In this document: piece after piece, positions 17,360 through 29,262 of the stretch
Position numbering within the stretch: position 1 is the first letter of the stretch
How the letters are laid out: each line of letters starts with the position of its first letter
Assembly: GCF_000017845.1 (NCBI RefSeq)
Contig: NC_010546.1
Span: 3,570,001 to 3,602,000, forward strand
DNA: 32,000 nt
Source of the DNA: Crocosphaera subtropica ATCC 51142
GTDB lineage: Bacteria > Cyanobacteriota > Cyanobacteriia > Cyanobacteriales > Microcystaceae
Direction: 5' to 3'
Notes under the pieces: model-generated
What the model was told of the DNA's origin: nothing
The model's input: the letters and a program-made list of their open reading frames with translations, nothing else
Databases searched by the model: none
Translations under genes and position numbers: made by a program

Positions 17360-18388
17360 TTAATGATTATCCAAATTTCCAAAAGGACGGGCTAAGGGTT
17401 CTCCGATAAAAATTCCTTGGCCAACCCAAGCAACACTTTTCCAATAAGCGTGTAATAAGTTATCTCCTTGCAAATAATGATACATGGCAATCCCTGGATG
17501 GGGAAATTTCTGAACAAAATTACAGGGTTCAACGACTGTTCCGTAACTACCGGTTGCACCCGCTTTTAACCACTCCAGACTACTCATTTGACCACTATCA
17601 GTTAGTTGTCCCCCAAAAGATGTGAGATGATCGGCGATCGCCCCTGGAAGAAAGCGATTGCTGTCTAATTGTCCCACTTTACTGACCCCTGTAAAATAAA
17701 ATAAAACATCCTTTTTATCTTTTAAAACATTGTCTTTAATAACTTCAATAGGAATTTTGGCAGACAATTGCTTAATAGTGGTTGAGTATAAACTAGAACG
17801 TACATTACGGGCTTTATCTTTGGTATCCATTAAATAGGCAGTTCCTTGAGGATGGGTATAATCTGAAGCCAAACCTCGATGAATTAAAGCTTTTGCGTCC
17901 TCAAAACTTGTAGCAGCAATGGTCATGGTAGGACGAATCCCGAAATCAAGAAACGGTTGAGAACGGTTACTATTAAAGTAAGGATTAGCAGCGATCGCTT
18001 GACATCCCTTGGCACAGTGACTGGTATCAAATCCTAAAGCAAAAGCACTGGTAATGGACATACAATCGACTCGATAGGGTTTTGTCCAAGTTAAAGCATA
18101 TCCTTTCACGTCAGGAGGAGTTAAAGCATCGACTTCTTGTTTAATGCGTGCAAAGTCTTTGGGAGATAACGTGGTAACGCTAGGATCGAAAATAATTTCA
18201 AGGATATAGTTAGTGGGAATATTGCGTTTTTGACGATAATATTGACCAATTTGAACACTTAGAGGATCAGCATGGTTAATAATAATCGCTAATTCTTTAT
18301 TTTGTTGTTTCAGTGGCCACCATTGACACCCATTTAATCCTAGGACTATTCCCCCTAAAGCGATCACAAACAGTAATTTTTTGCTCAT
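17360..18388 (-). CDS. Hypothetical lipoprotein of unknown function
   Basis: Internal start at 18388 gives MSKKLLFVIALGGIVLGLNGC with a lipobox and removes the overlap with the upstream gene. I can assign no family confidently. Confidence 0.6.
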   Translation of the reverse strand: MSKKLLFVIALGGIVLGLNGCQWWPLKQQNKELAIIINHADPLSVQIGQYYRQKRNIPTNYILEIIFDPSVTTLSPKDFARIKQEVDALTPPDVKGYALTWTKPYRVDCMSITSAFALGFDTSHCAKGCQAIAANPYFNSNRSQPFLDFGIRPTMTIAATSFEDAKALIHRGLASDYTHPQGTAYLMDTKDKARNVRSSLYSTTIKQLSAKIPIEVIKDNVLKDKKDVLFYFTGVSKVGQLDSNRFLPGAIADHLTSFGGQLTDSGQMSSLEWLKAGATGSYGTVVEPCNFVQKFPHPGIAMYHYLQGDNLLHAYWKSVAWVGQGIFIGEPLARPFGNLDNH

Positions 18389-18431
18389 AGAAATTTTTAA
18401 AACAGAGAATACAAGTTCACTCACAGCTTGT

Positions 18432-18980
18432 TTACATGAAGCGAGGAACTTGTTCAATATATTTTTCGTATTCTTCTCCGTAACGTTCTTGAAGCCAAGG
18501 TTCTTCAGTAAAAGGAGCCAAGAAAAACCACAAAGCTAACCCTGTATCTGTAATCATCACCATCCAAGAATTTGTTAGTAATGAATATCCTAAAAACAAA
18601 ATTAAATCTCCGATATACTCTGGATTTCGAGAATAATTATAAACTCCTTTGGTTATTAATTCTCCTTCTAACCCTAAAGAATCATGTATGCTAATGGCTT
18701 TTACTGCCCAAAACGCCAAGAAAAAGCCAGAAATGAGCAAAATCCCCCCTATAATCAATCTGAACCAGTGATTAAGAATAAAGCTATTCCAATCGTAAAT
18801 CCCTAACAAGAATATTCCCAAAAAGGCAATAATAAATAGTGTCCAATTGTAATAGAATTGCCACGAGTTTTGATAAGGAGGCGGCCACGCTCTAAATTTA
18901 GGGATGACTAATGTACCAATGAGAGAACTAAGCAGTAGTAAGTCAGAAGAAACCGTTAGCCAAAAAATGATGGGTTTCAT
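18432..18980 (-). CDS. Membrane methyltransferase family protein (ICMT/PEMT-like)
   Basis: Multi-TM protein with the C-terminal motif GVYNYSRNPEYIGDLILFLGYSLLTNSW. Start at MKPII (18980) is preferred over the longer track ORF. Confidence 0.7.
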   Translation of the reverse strand: MKPIIFWLTVSSDLLLLSSLIGTLVIPKFRAWPPPYQNSWQFYYNWTLFIIAFLGIFLLGIYDWNSFILNHWFRLIIGGILLISGFFLAFWAVKAISIHDSLGLEGELITKGVYNYSRNPEYIGDLILFLGYSLLTNSWMVMITDTGLALWFFLAPFTEEPWLQERYGEEYEKYIEQVPRFM

Positions 18981-19120
18981 TTTTTTCTCTTTTTTCAAGA
19001 TGATAGCAATAGAAAAGAGGTTTGGGTAGTGAGAATAAACTTCTTCCAAACCTCTTAGTGCTTTGAAAGTGGGATAAATAGCAATTTTTTCTATTACTTT
19101 TTACCTGCCGTTAATGTTTT

Positions 19121-22100
19121 CTATTTGTCATCGTCATCATCTTTTTCCTGTTTAGATTCAACAGACCAGGGAGGATCAGCTTCGGTGTACGCACGAGCAA
19201 TATTATCATCTAGGATCATATTCTCATCCACCTCATCTAATGTAGCCCCAATTAAACGATTAGGGGGTTTTTTGTCGCTATTGTTGTTGTCTCGTTCCCC
19301 TTGTCCATAACGATTATTAAGACTGTCTTCACCATTGTCTAAGGTTCCCATAACCATCTCTTCATGGGCATTGAACCCTGTTCCTGCTGGAATCAAACGA
19401 CCAATAATTACGTTTTCCTTTAAACCTCGTAGCCAGTCGGACTTACCTTCAATGGCTGCTTCGGTTAAGACACGAGTTGTCTCTTGGAAGGAAGCCGCAC
19501 TAATAAAGCTATCGGTGTTCAAAGAGGCTTTGGTAATTCCCAATAATACAGGAGTATATCGTGCCGGCGCACCTCCGGTGATGGCCATGGCTTCGTTAAC
19601 CTGCTCGATTTGTCGTAATTCCACCAATTCTCCTGGTAACATGGTGGTATCACCGCCATCGTCCACCCGAACTTTAGCGGTCATCTGACGGACAATTACT
19701 TCAATGTGTTTATCGGAAATATCAATTCCTTGAGACTGATAAACGCTCTGTACTTGATCCACTAAAAATTTCTGGGCTGCTTGTAAACCAATTAAGGCTG
19801 CTTCATAAACTCCTTTCTTGTCTACATAGTAGTCAAAGAAGACCTCTAATAATTCGTGAGGATTTGCTGGACCGTCAGTTAAATGCTCACCCACATCAAC
19901 CCGTTGATTATCAGACACAATGACATTTTGATTGAGCAGAATGGGATATTCGCTTACGGTGCCATCATCTTCAATGACTTTGACATCAACGCTTTCATCT
20001 TCTAAATACTCGACTTGACACACCCCTGGTTTACGAGAAAGAACACAAGCTTCTTTGGGTTTACGCGCTTCTAATAATTCCTCAATTCTCGGTAAACCTT
20101 GGATAATGTCACCAGTTTTTGCCCGTTCGTACACTAGCAATACCAGGTTATCTCCTCGTTGTACGAGATCCCCGTCAGCAATATGTAAAATGGCTCCAGG
20201 AGAAACTCGATAAGGACGAGCTAAACGCAATTTGATCTCGTAACCTTCTTCACCTTGGTTAACAGCGACCACTAAACCTGACTCAGCGGCGACCACCCCT
20301 GGAGCGAATTCAGTACCAGCAACAATTAAATCATCTTTAGCTACTGTTGGCTTTTCTTTAAGGGTAATAATTTCCAAGTCTTCATCTCTAACAATCAAAA
20401 CCCGTCGAACGGCTTCGAGTCCCCTTCTGATTCCTCGAACTTCCCCTTCTTCTCGGCATTGAATTTCTGTTTTAGCGACTACCGCTCCTGGAGCGATTTG
20501 ATCGCCATCGGTGACTAACACGCTGGTTGTAATGGTACCACCGTGAGGATCGGTATCAAGATCCCGACGTAGAATTAAGGACTCTAAGATCACTAGCTGT
20601 AGCCGTTGACAATCTTCTTCCTCATCGTTTTTCAGTTCAATATCTGCTGCTAAATTGGCTGCCGCTTGTTCGCTTCCAGTCTCAATTTCTAGCACTAATT
20701 GGGTACTTAAAAGGTGAATTCCATCTACGGATTTAACCCGTTCCCCATCTTTGTAGAAGAGTCGTTGTACGGATCTCAGTTCAATATGCCGTCCGACTTC
20801 TTCTTCATTGATAGACCCTTGGGAAGGAGCGGCCGGTTCATTACTCACGGGATATTCTTCCACGGGACGTAATAATAAGCCCAATCCTTCGGTACTTTCA
20901 ATCCATTCAACTTGACGTAAATCGGTCGTAACTACACCAGGTAAAACTTCAGTTCCCGGAGGAATGAGGTCTTCATTTTTATAGGACACTTCATCCGGGT
21001 CAACATCTAAATGGAATTCTCCTGGTTTAATAATAATTTCTCGGAGAATATCGTTTTTCTGTACGACTTCGATCGCCCCTGAACATTGGCAAAAGATATC
21101 TTTAACGACTTCTGTTCCGGCTTCGACATATTGTCCATCTTCGACCACTAATAAAGAGATATCTTTATTAACTTCGTGGGTTTCTTCGGGTACCCAGAGT
21201 AAGGTTCCCCCTTGTACCACTTCGTATCCCGTTTTTCGGCTGCCTTTGGCTACTTCAATGCCACCGTACCGTAACATTCCCCCGGTCGTGGTTTGATAGC
21301 GATCATCAATTAATTCGGCAATAATGGCGTGGTTTTGTACTTTGGTTTCGGGGGTCGCCTTTAATAAGAACCGTTGGCCATCTGCTGTATAAATTACATA
21401 TTGTTCGTGGCCGCCGGTACTTTCTTTGCGAACTTCAGCTTGATCCAATAAGACAGAAGCGGTAATAATGTCAATTTCACGGCTTTGGGGTTGATAGCGA
21501 ACCACACCGCCATTGACAGAAATCAACTTAGTTTCTGCTAACACTGTCCCTTCTGCCACTTCATCCCCATTGGACACTACGGGTTCAGCACCTGGGGGTA
21601 AGTTATAGACTTCCCCTGATAACACCCAAACCAGTCCCCCTCTTTGGGCAATGTGAGTGGTGTTACCTTGGCGATCGGTTTTTTCTTCTGCGATCAAGTT
21701 AGCAAAGAAGACTTCCCCTGCTAAATCAGTGGATACGTCTTTGGTTGCTCGTTCGGTTGAGCGAGTTGACTTAGCTGCAGTGACTTCGGCTAACATCTTA
21801 TCTTTTTCTACTGTGTCCCCATCGGCCGCAAACAGAACCGATCCAGGGGTCACAGAATAGGTCATTTTTTTACCACTGCCTGTAGGAGTCCAAATTAAGT
21901 CCCCTGCTAGTTCAACTTGGAAAGCGTCTTCCCCATGACGAGTTCTAACTTTACGGGTACTTAAGCCTTTACCCCATTTGACAGTTCCGTGATCAGGAGC
22001 TTTAATTTGTTCAGCGACTTCTCCGGTGAAAACCCCTCCTGTGTGGAACGTCCGCATGGTTAACTGAGTTCCCGGTTCCCCAATGGACTGGGCTGCAATA

Positions 22101-23041
22101 ATCCCGACGGCTTCTCCTAAATCTACGGGTCGTCCCGTGGCTAAACTCCAACCATAACAACACCGACACACCGATCGCGCCGCTTCACAGGTTAGGGGCG
22201 ATCGCACCATCACTGATTCTACACTCTTGCCGATTTTCGCTGCTAATGCTGCATCAATGGATTGGTTCCGTGAGGCGATGACTTCATCCCCTACCATCAC
22301 GTCTTCGGCTAAAACTCGTCCAAGAAGGCGATCGCCTAGGGCAATTTTGACGCGATCGCCATCTTTCATGGCGGTTACTTTTAGTCCTCTGCGGGTTCCA
22401 CAGTCGATTTCCCTAACGATCACATCTTGGGAAACGTCCACTAAGCGTCGGGTTAAATACCCTGAGTCGGCAGTCCGTAGAGCGGTATCTACCAATCCTT
22501 TTCGCGCTCCGTAGGATGAAATAACGTATTCTGTAACCGTTAATCCTTCGCGAAAGTTAGTTTTAATAGGTTGGTCAATAATCTGTCCTTGGGGATCTGC
22601 CATCAACCCTCGCATTCCCACCAACTGACGGACTTGACTCATATTTCCTCGGGCCCCAGAGAAAGCCATCATATACACCGAGTTCAATGGGTCAGTTTGT
22701 CGAAAGTTCCTGACTACCTCGTCTTTCAATTCTTCTGAGGTACTATTCCAGGTGTCAATTACTTTTTGGAAACGTTCGACTTCAGTAATTTCTCCGCGAG
22801 CATACCTGGCTTCTGTGATATTAATTTCTTTTTCAGCACTATCGAGCATTCCCCGTTTAGTGGGAGGGACGGTTAAATCGTCGATACTAATAGAAACACC
22901 TGCTTTTGTGGCATAACGAAAGCCTAAATCTTTTAAGTTATCCGCTACTTGAGAGCTACGGGCTGCACCATAATTTCGATACGCCCAAGAAATTAATTTC
23001 TTTAAACGGCCTTTGTCAACAATTTGGTTATAGAATGTCAT
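19121..23041 (-). CDS. rpoC2: DNA-directed RNA polymerase subunit beta-prime, C-terminal half (cyanobacterial RpoC2)
   Basis: Begins [25 protein letters not shown]. Contains the [23 protein letters not shown] region and a large lineage-specific insertion. Length 1306 aa. Confidence 0.97.
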   Translation of the reverse strand: MTFYNQIVDKGRLKKLISWAYRNYGAARSSQVADNLKDLGFRYATKAGVSISIDDLTVPPTKRGMLDSAEKEINITEARYARGEITEVERFQKVIDTWNSTSEELKDEVVRNFRQTDPLNSVYMMAFSGARGNMSQVRQLVGMRGLMADPQGQIIDQPIKTNFREGLTVTEYVISSYGARKGLVDTALRTADSGYLTRRLVDVSQDVIVREIDCGTRRGLKVTAMKDGDRVKIALGDRLLGRVLAEDVMVGDEVIASRNQSIDAALAAKIGKSVESVMVRSPLTCEAARSVCRCCYGWSLATGRPVDLGEAVGIIAAQSIGEPGTQLTMRTFHTGGVFTGEVAEQIKAPDHGTVKWGKGLSTRKVRTRHGEDAFQVELAGDLIWTPTGSGKKMTYSVTPGSVLFAADGDTVEKDKMLAEVTAAKSTRSTERATKDVSTDLAGEVFFANLIAEEKTDRQGNTTHIAQRGGLVWVLSGEVYNLPPGAEPVVSNGDEVAEGTVLAETKLISVNGGVVRYQPQSREIDIITASVLLDQAEVRKESTGGHEQYVIYTADGQRFLLKATPETKVQNHAIIAELIDDRYQTTTGGMLRYGGIEVAKGSRKTGYEVVQGGTLLWVPEETHEVNKDISLLVVEDGQYVEAGTEVVKDIFCQCSGAIEVVQKNDILREIIIKPGEFHLDVDPDEVSYKNEDLIPPGTEVLPGVVTTDLRQVEWIESTEGLGLLLRPVEEYPVSNEPAAPSQGSINEEEVGRHIELRSVQRLFYKDGERVKSVDGIHLLSTQLVLEIETGSEQAAANLAADIELKNDEEEDCQRLQLVILESLILRRDLDTDPHGGTITTSVLVTDGDQIAPGAVVAKTEIQCREEGEVRGIRRGLEAVRRVLIVRDEDLEIITLKEKPTVAKDDLIVAGTEFAPGVVAAESGLVVAVNQGEEGYEIKLRLARPYRVSPGAILHIADGDLVQRGDNLVLLVYERAKTGDIIQGLPRIEELLEARKPKEACVLSRKPGVCQVEYLEDESVDVKVIEDDGTVSEYPILLNQNVIVSDNQRVDVGEHLTDGPANPHELLEVFFDYYVDKKGVYEAALIGLQAAQKFLVDQVQSVYQSQGIDISDKHIEVIVRQMTAKVRVDDGGDTTMLPGELVELRQIEQVNEAMAITGGAPARYTPVLLGITKASLNTDSFISAASFQETTRVLTEAAIEGKSDWLRGLKENVIIGRLIPAGTGFNAHEEMVMGTLDNGEDSLNNRYGQGERDNNNSDKKPPNRLIGATLDEVDENMILDDNIARAYTEADPPWSVESKQEKDDDDDK

Positions 23042-23054
23042 CTCAGTTGGTAAT

Positions 23055-23103
23055 AGATAATTGATAGTTAATATTTGATAATTAATAGTTAATAACTGAT
23101 TCT
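23055..23103. repeat. Seven tandem AT-rich heptamers of the GATAATT family in the rpoB-rpoC2 spacer
   Basis: GATAATT GATAGTT AATATTT GATAATT AATAGTT AATAACT GATTCTA, read directly. Confidence 0.6.
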
Positions 23104-23128
23104 AATTTTTGCTATTAACTATTAATTA
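23077..23128 (-). promoter_or_regulatory. Long AT-only hairpin in the rpoB-rpoC2 spacer
   Basis: TAATTAATAGTTAATA (23078-23093) is the perfect reverse complement of TATTAACTATTAATTA (23112-23127). One extra flanking A-T pair gives 17 bp. The loop is 18 nt. Confidence 0.4.
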
Positions 23129-23150
23129 TTTACTGGTCACTGTTAACTGT

Positions 23151-26100
23151 TTACACTTCTTCTTCTTCGAGATCCTCGCTAGTTAAAGATTCATAGGTGG
23201 GACGGTTCGGCGCACGACGCTGACTATCAATCATCAGGTCAACTTCGACATCCCGACTGGTTCCGTCGTCGGCCGTTTCTACTTTATGAACAGCGATATC
23301 TAGGCCTAGAGATTGTAACTCTCGCATTAACACCTTAAAGGATTCGGGGGTTCCTGGACGGGGTATGGGCTTACCTTTAACAATGGCGTTTAAGGCTTCA
23401 TTCCGTCCCTGCATATCGTCGGATTTAACGGTTAATAGTTCTTGCAGGGTATAGGCTGCCCCATAAGCTTCTAATGCCCATACTTCCATTTCTCCGAACC
23501 GTTGTCCTCCCTGTTGAGCTTTACCACCGAGGGGTTGCTGAGTTACTAAGGAGTAGGGTCCAGTAGAACGGGCATGGATTTTATCATCCACTAGGTGAAC
23601 CAGTTTCAGCATATAGGCTTGACCCACTGTCACAGCACGATCAAATTTTTCTCCAGTTCGGCCATCATAAACGTCAATTTTTCCAGGATGGTCTGTGTTA
23701 TAAACCCAGTCTTTACGGGGTTTTTTAGCAGCTTTTTCTAATAATCCATGAACTGTTTTCCTAGATGATTCTTCTCCGTACATTTCGTCAAAGGGAGTGA
23801 TCTTAAACCGTACCCCTAAGTTTTCCCCTGCCCAACCTAAGAGGCATTCAAACACTTGTCCAACGTTCATCCGTGAAGGTACCCCTAAGGGGTTTAAGAC
23901 GATATCTATGGGGCGACCATCGGGTAAATAAGGCATATCTTCGATGGGTAAAATTCGGGATATAATCCCTTTATTCCCATGCCGACCTGCCATTTTATCC
24001 CCGACTTGGATTTTGCGTTTTTGGGCCACATAAACCCGAACGACCATATTAGCCCCTGGGGGGAGTTCGTCTCCTTGTTCACGGGTAAATACCCGCACAT
24101 CCACCACTCGGCCTTTTTCTCCGTTGGGGACTCTCAAGGAGTTATCTCGTACGTCTCTAGCTTTTTCGCCGAAAATGGCTCTCAACAGCTTTTCTTCTGG
24201 GGGTTGATCGGATTCTCCTTTAGGAGTCACTTTCCCAACGAGAATATCTCCTGCTTCTACCCACGCCCCAATCCGAATAATTCCTTGTTCGTCTAAGTTT
24301 CTTAGGGAATCTTCCCCAACGTTGGGAATTTCGCGAGTAATTTCTTCAGGACCTAATTTGGTTTGACGGGCTTCAATTTCAAATTTTTCGACGTGAATAC
24401 TGGTATAAACATCGTCGTACACCAATCGTTCACTGATTAAAATTGCGTCTTCGTAGTTGTAGCCTTCCCAGGGCATATAAGCCACTAAGATGTTTTGACC
24501 TAGGGCCAGTTCTCCCCCTTCAGTAGCTGAACCATCGGCTAATACTTGGCCCGGTACGACATCTTCTCCCACAAACACTAGAGGTCGTTGATTTAAACAG
24601 GTATCTTGATTAGACCGTTGATATTTTTGGAGGATATATTGAATTTCCTGGCCAACTTTTTCATGACCTTCGGGTCCTGTTACCCTGACTCGAATTTCAT
24701 TGGCATCAGCATAGGTAACAATGCCTTCAGTTCTTGAGACGATCACCATCCCGGAGTCTCTAGCTGCTTGGGCTTCTAATCCAGTACCCACCAGAGGCCG
24801 TTCGGGACGTAGTAAGGGGACGGCTTGCCGTTGCATATTAGACCCCATCAAAGCACGGTTAGCATCATCGTGTTCGAGGAAGGGAATCATGGATGTCGCT
24901 ACAGAAATGATCTGCACAGGAGAAACTGCAACATAATCCACTTGATCGGGGCTAGTAATAAAGAATTCCTGCCGATAACGAGTCGGAACAGCGTTTCCTA
25001 AAATATTTCCTTCTTCATCGGTGCTAATATCTCCAGGGGCAACCCGTAGATCGTCTTCTTCGTCGGCGGTTAAGTACACTGGGTCCAAATCCCGTCTCAC
25101 CCGACCATCTTGAACACGATAGTAGGGGGTTTCAATAAATCCATATTGGTTGACCCGTGCATAAGTCGCCAAAGAACCGATTAAACCGGCATTAGGACCT
25201 TCTGGGGTTTCCACAGGACAAATACGTCCATGATGGGAGGGGTGAATGTCTCGTACGGCAAACCCGGCTCTTTCCCTGGTTAACCCTCCTGGTCCTAGGG
25301 CGGAAATTCGTCGTTTATGGGTCAATTCTGCTAGTGGGTTAGTTTGATCCATAAATTGGGACAATTGAGATGACCCGAAGAATTCCTTGATAGCGGCCAC
25401 TAAGGGTTTAGGATTCACCAAAGAAGCAGGGGTCAAACTGTCAGATTCACTGACGGTCATTCTTTCTCGAATAATCCGTTCTAAGCGGTTTAAGCCCACT
25501 CTAACCTGGTTTTGTAGTAGTTCCCCTACGGATCTTACCCGACGGTTTCCTAAGTGATCGATGTCATCAACGGTACCAACATCAAATTCTAGGTTAATGA
25601 GATAATCGATCGCCGATAAAATGTCTTCAGGACGCAACACCCGAATGGTGTCTGGTGCGTTTAAGCGTAATTTCTTGTTGAGTTTATAGCGGCCTACTCG
25701 CCCTAAATCATAACGTTTACTGTCAAAAAAGCGAGATTCTAAGAGTTGTTGTCCACCGCTTACGGTGGGAGGTTCTCCTGGTCTTAATTTCCGATACAGT
25801 TCTAGTAAAGCGTCTTCTTCTGAAGGGTTCCCTTCTTTATCTAGGGTTCTTTGGTAAAATTCAGGATGACGCAAGGAATCTAAAATTTCGTTGTCACTCA
25901 GACCAATGGCTTTTAAGAGGACTTGAGCGGACAATTTTCGGGTTTTATCAATTCTGACCCAGACTAAGCCGTTTTTATCGGTTTCAAATTTTAACCAGGC
26001 GCCTCGGTTGGGAATTAAAGATGCTGAGTAGGTTCGTCGTCCATTTTTGTCGGTTTCTGCTTTATAATAAACCCCTGGAGAACGAACAATTTGATTAACG

Positions 26101-26465
26101 ATTACCCGTTCTGCACCGTTAATGATGAAGGTTCCCCGATCTGTCATTAGGGGTAAGTCCCCAATAAAAACTTCTTGTTCTTTGATTTCTCCCGTTTCTT
26201 TATTCATCAAACGGGTAGGAACATACATTTGTACGGAATAGCTGGCATCCCGTCGTTTAGCTTCATCAACGTCATATTTGGGTTCTTTTAATTTATAATT
26301 CTCTCCTAAAAAGTGTAGTTCTAATTTTCCTGTATAGTCGGTAATGGGGGAAAAACTATTGAGTTCTTCAATCAGTCCTTCTTCTAGAAACCAACGAAAA
26401 CTTGAATGTTGAATTTCAATCAAGTCAGGCAGTAAATTATAGTTATAGATAAGATTAGTAGTCAT
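23151..26465 (-). CDS. rpoB: DNA-directed RNA polymerase subunit beta
   Basis: 1104 aa with canonical beta motifs ([44 protein letters not shown]). Confidence 0.98.
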   Translation of the reverse strand: MTTNLIYNYNLLPDLIEIQHSSFRWFLEEGLIEELNSFSPITDYTGKLELHFLGENYKLKEPKYDVDEAKRRDASYSVQMYVPTRLMNKETGEIKEQEVFIGDLPLMTDRGTFIINGAERVIVNQIVRSPGVYYKAETDKNGRRTYSASLIPNRGAWLKFETDKNGLVWVRIDKTRKLSAQVLLKAIGLSDNEILDSLRHPEFYQRTLDKEGNPSEEDALLELYRKLRPGEPPTVSGGQQLLESRFFDSKRYDLGRVGRYKLNKKLRLNAPDTIRVLRPEDILSAIDYLINLEFDVGTVDDIDHLGNRRVRSVGELLQNQVRVGLNRLERIIRERMTVSESDSLTPASLVNPKPLVAAIKEFFGSSQLSQFMDQTNPLAELTHKRRISALGPGGLTRERAGFAVRDIHPSHHGRICPVETPEGPNAGLIGSLATYARVNQYGFIETPYYRVQDGRVRRDLDPVYLTADEEDDLRVAPGDISTDEEGNILGNAVPTRYRQEFFITSPDQVDYVAVSPVQIISVATSMIPFLEHDDANRALMGSNMQRQAVPLLRPERPLVGTGLEAQAARDSGMVIVSRTEGIVTYADANEIRVRVTGPEGHEKVGQEIQYILQKYQRSNQDTCLNQRPLVFVGEDVVPGQVLADGSATEGGELALGQNILVAYMPWEGYNYEDAILISERLVYDDVYTSIHVEKFEIEARQTKLGPEEITREIPNVGEDSLRNLDEQGIIRIGAWVEAGDILVGKVTPKGESDQPPEEKLLRAIFGEKARDVRDNSLRVPNGEKGRVVDVRVFTREQGDELPPGANMVVRVYVAQKRKIQVGDKMAGRHGNKGIISRILPIEDMPYLPDGRPIDIVLNPLGVPSRMNVGQVFECLLGWAGENLGVRFKITPFDEMYGEESSRKTVHGLLEKAAKKPRKDWVYNTDHPGKIDVYDGRTGEKFDRAVTVGQAYMLKLVHLVDDKIHARSTGPYSLVTQQPLGGKAQQGGQRFGEMEVWALEAYGAAYTLQELLTVKSDDMQGRNEALNAIVKGKPIPRPGTPESFKVLMRELQSLGLDIAVHKVETADDGTSRDVEVDLMIDSQRRAPNRPTYESLTSEDLEEEEV

Positions 26466-26502
26466 GATTTGCTCAATTGGCCGTTGTTATGGGGTAGGGC
26501 TG

Positions 26503-27288
26503 TCAATTATTCAGGGATAGGCTAAAGAGTTGACAAGCGTTAGCAGTGGTTTGTTGGGCTAAGGTTTCTAAGGGGACGTTGCGTAATTTGGCCAAAAATT
26601 CTGCAACATGGCGAACATTGGCTGGTTCGTTACGTTTTCCTCGTTTCGGTACAGGGGCAAGAAAAGGACAGTCCGTTTCAATTAAAAGGCGATCATCGGG
26701 AACAATTTTTGCACTGTCTTGGATAGTCTTGGCATTTTTGAAGGTCACGACTCCACTGAAACTGATATAAAACCCCAGGTCTAAAAACCATTGTGTTTCT
26801 TCTGGTGTTCCGCTCCAACAGTGCATAACCCCTTGAACTGGCCCTGCTTGGTGCCAAAATAATTCTATAACATCTTTTAGTTGTTGTGCCGCATCTCGAC
26901 AATGAATAATAATGGGTTTTTGGAGTTGATGGGCAATCTTTAGTTGTGCTTCTAGCACGTTCTTTTGTTGTTGGTGGTTATCGGCTTTGTAGAAGTCTAA
27001 CCCCATTTCTCCAATGGCTACCACTCGGTGGTCAGACTTAGCATAATCTAGTATTTCCATCTCAGTGGCATTAGTCCATTTTTGAGCGTCTAAGGGATGT
27101 AACCCAACGGCAAAGGATAGGTTACCAAAGCGATCAGCTAATGCCTGAATTCCTGAAAATTCAGATGGTTCAACACAAGAATGCACTAAGTGAACAACCT
27201 CTGCTTGTTGCCAATGGTTTTTGATGTCTTCAAGATCGGACTCAAACACATCAAAATTAATATGAACATGGGTATCTATAAGTTGCAT
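26503..27288 (-). CDS. tatD: TatD-family metal-dependent hydrolase (DNase)
   Basis: [30 protein letters not shown] and ETDCPFLAP motifs. 37 bp upstream of rpoB on the same strand. Confidence 0.9.
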   Translation of the reverse strand: MQLIDTHVHINFDVFESDLEDIKNHWQQAEVVHLVHSCVEPSEFSGIQALADRFGNLSFAVGLHPLDAQKWTNATEMEILDYAKSDHRVVAIGEMGLDFYKADNHQQQKNVLEAQLKIAHQLQKPIIIHCRDAAQQLKDVIELFWHQAGPVQGVMHCWSGTPEETQWFLDLGFYISFSGVVTFKNAKTIQDSAKIVPDDRLLIETDCPFLAPVPKRGKRNEPANVRHVAEFLAKLRNVPLETLAQQTTANACQLFSLSLNN

Positions 27289-27317
27289 TGGCCTCCTCTG
27301 TTCTGGTCATATCATTT

Positions 27318-27345
27318 GATAATTGATAATTAATAATTGATATTT
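27318..27345. repeat. Four tandem heptamers GATAATT GATAATT AATAATT GATATTT upstream of tatD-rpoB
   Basis: Read directly. Shares the 13-mer TTGATAATTAATA (27323-27335) with the rpoB-rpoC2 spacer (23074-23086). Confidence 0.6.
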
Positions 27346-27483
27346 ACTGCTTCAATCACTTTTCTGTCTTTCCTATCAATAAAGCTAATTATCTTTTATC
27401 GGTGATCCAAAGAAGAACAATTATGGAGTAACTTCCTCCCATTGTAGCTTCAAAAACGACCTATGTTCTGAGGTTTGACCTGG

Positions 27484-27777
27484 TTACGAAGCTGAGGCCA
27501 CTTGTTGCAGTGCTTTAGCTAAACGGGCTTTTTTCCTTGCTCCATTGTTACGATGCAAAACACTCCGTTTTACTGCTTTATCAATTTTACTATAAGCAGC
27601 CGACATTCTCTGATCCACCACTGCCTTATTTTCTGGTGTAGGGGACGCGGCGTATTCTTCAACCGCTTGGAGATATTTCTTCATGAGAGTTCTTACAGCC
27701 GACTTATAGCTTTTATTACGGAGTCGGTTGCGTTCAGATGTCCTAATACGTTTTAGTGCAGACTTTGAATTAGCCAC
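27484..27777 (-). CDS. rpsT: 30S ribosomal protein S20
   Basis: [35 protein letters not shown] 97-aa basic protein. Confidence 0.95.
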   Translation of the reverse strand: MANSKSALKRIRTSERNRLRNKSYKSAVRTLMKKYLQAVEEYAASPTPENKAVVDQRMSAAYSKIDKAVKRSVLHRNNGARKKARLAKALQQVASAS

Positions 27778-27996
27778 AGTCTTTAATCCAGAAGAGGTTT
27801 GCTAGTTACAATAGTATTTATTGCTATCGGACTTTGTATTATAGCAAAGCACCATATCCTTTTGCAACTTATTTTTTTGTTAATTTATGGAATTTTAGAT
27901 TTATCAGACGAAAAATCTTTTAATTGAACAGAACTACTGTATTGGTAAAATGTGATAAATAATTAAAGAGAAAGCAAGGCATGAATTGAGCATCAT

Positions 27997-29262
27997 ATGA
28001 ATAGACAATTTTTTCTTTGGCGTAATCGTTTGATCTGCATTGCTTTAACCTTTATTATTTTATTAATATTATTTGTTTCACAATCAATTTTTCAATCCTC
28101 AGGAAAAGTTATCGCATCCTCTATATTCCAAGAAAGACGGGGAGTTTGGTTAACGAATGTTGCTAGTTCTGTTTTGTTCGTTCCTGGTAGTGTTAACCGT
28201 GCGATTAAACAATTATCTCAACTTCATTTTAATACAGTTTATCCTGTTGTTTGGAATCGAGGTCATACTTTTTATCCCAGTAGTTTGGCAAAGGAAATGA
28301 TTGGAGAATCTCAAGAACCTTTGTTAAATTGGACAAGGAGTAATATTGACGTATTAAGAGTGATTATTGAAGAAAGTCATCAACGAGGTTTAGCGGTTAT
28401 TCCTTGGTTTGAGTATGGATTAATGATTCCTCGAAGTTCGTTAATAGCACAAAAACATCCAGACTGGTTAACTCATAGTCAACAGGGGACAGTCAATACA
28501 TTTTTTCAAGACGAACTCAAGACAAAAAATAAGAAAAAGTCAACAAACTTTTTAGAAAATTGGAGTCAACATAGTTATCAAAAACGAGCGAGTCAATTAG
28601 TTTGGTTAAATCCTTTTCATCCTGAAGTACAACAATTAATCAAAGGATTAATGTTAGAAATCATTATGCAGTATAAAGTCGATGGGGTACAGTTAGATGA
28701 TCATTTCGGAATACCAGTGGAATTAGGGTATGATCCGTTAACTATCAAACTTTATCAACAAGAACATGAAGGAAAAAATCCACCGAATGATCCTTATAAT
28801 GCTCAATGGATGAATTGGAGAGCAAAAAAACTAACAGCTTTCATGACAGATTTAGTTACAACCATTAAAATAGTAAATCCTGATATCTTAATCTCTTTAT
28901 CCCCTAATTCATACTCTTTTTCCTATCAAAATTATTTGCAAGATTGGAAAACTTGGGTCAAACAAGGGTTGATTGATGAGTTAGTTTTACAAGTTTATCG
29001 CAACGATATGGATAGTTTTAATCGAGAATTACAAGAATCAACTGTAAAGTTAGCTCGTCAGAAAATACCGGTTAGTATTGGTATTTTATCAGGAACACTT
29101 AATAATCCTGTCAAAATAGAACAAATTAGACAGCAAGTCGAAAAAGTTAGACAACAAGGGTTTGATGGCGTTTCTTTTTTTTATTGGGAGTCATTATGGG
29201 GTTATCTTTCTCCGGAATCTCCTTATAAACGTCGTCGTATTTTTGATGAAATGTTTAGATAA
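27997..29262 (+). CDS. Glycoside-hydrolase-like family 10 (GHL10/DUF187, YngK-like) protein
   Basis: N-terminal TM/signal segment, then RGVWLTNV, WFEYGLM and VDGVQLDDHFG motifs typical of this family. Confidence 0.75.
   Translation: MNRQFFLWRNRLICIALTFIILLILFVSQSIFQSSGKVIASSIFQERRGVWLTNVASSVLFVPGSVNRAIKQLSQLHFNTVYPVVWNRGHTFYPSSLAKEMIGESQEPLLNWTRSNIDVLRVIIEESHQRGLAVIPWFEYGLMIPRSSLIAQKHPDWLTHSQQGTVNTFFQDELKTKNKKKSTNFLENWSQHSYQKRASQLVWLNPFHPEVQQLIKGLMLEIIMQYKVDGVQLDDHFGIPVELGYDPLTIKLYQQEHEGKNPPNDPYNAQWMNWRAKKLTAFMTDLVTTIKIVNPDILISLSPNSYSFSYQNYLQDWKTWVKQGLIDELVLQVYRNDMDSFNRELQESTVKLARQKIPVSIGILSGTLNNPVKIEQIRQQVEKVRQQGFDGVSFFYWESLWGYLSPESPYKRRRIFDEMFR

Noticed and set aside
18389-19049. Longer track ORFs (starts at 18457 and 19049) that make the two genes overlap by 26 nt
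   Set aside because: The internal Met codons give a canonical lipoprotein signal peptide (18388) and a start directly before the first TM helix (18980). The extensions encode non-hydrophobic leader sequence with no support.
23042-23150. Missing rpoC1 interpreted as a deletion or misassembly
   Set aside because: rpoB ends and rpoC2 begins with intact termini, and the same arrangement is known from Synechocystis PCC 6803. Reported as a lineage feature instead.
19125-24936. Multiple 60-117-aa ORFs antisense to or out of frame with rpoC2 and rpoB
   Set aside because: They are embedded in highly conserved polymerase genes. The Ser/Arg/Pro-rich translations are typical of antisense frames.
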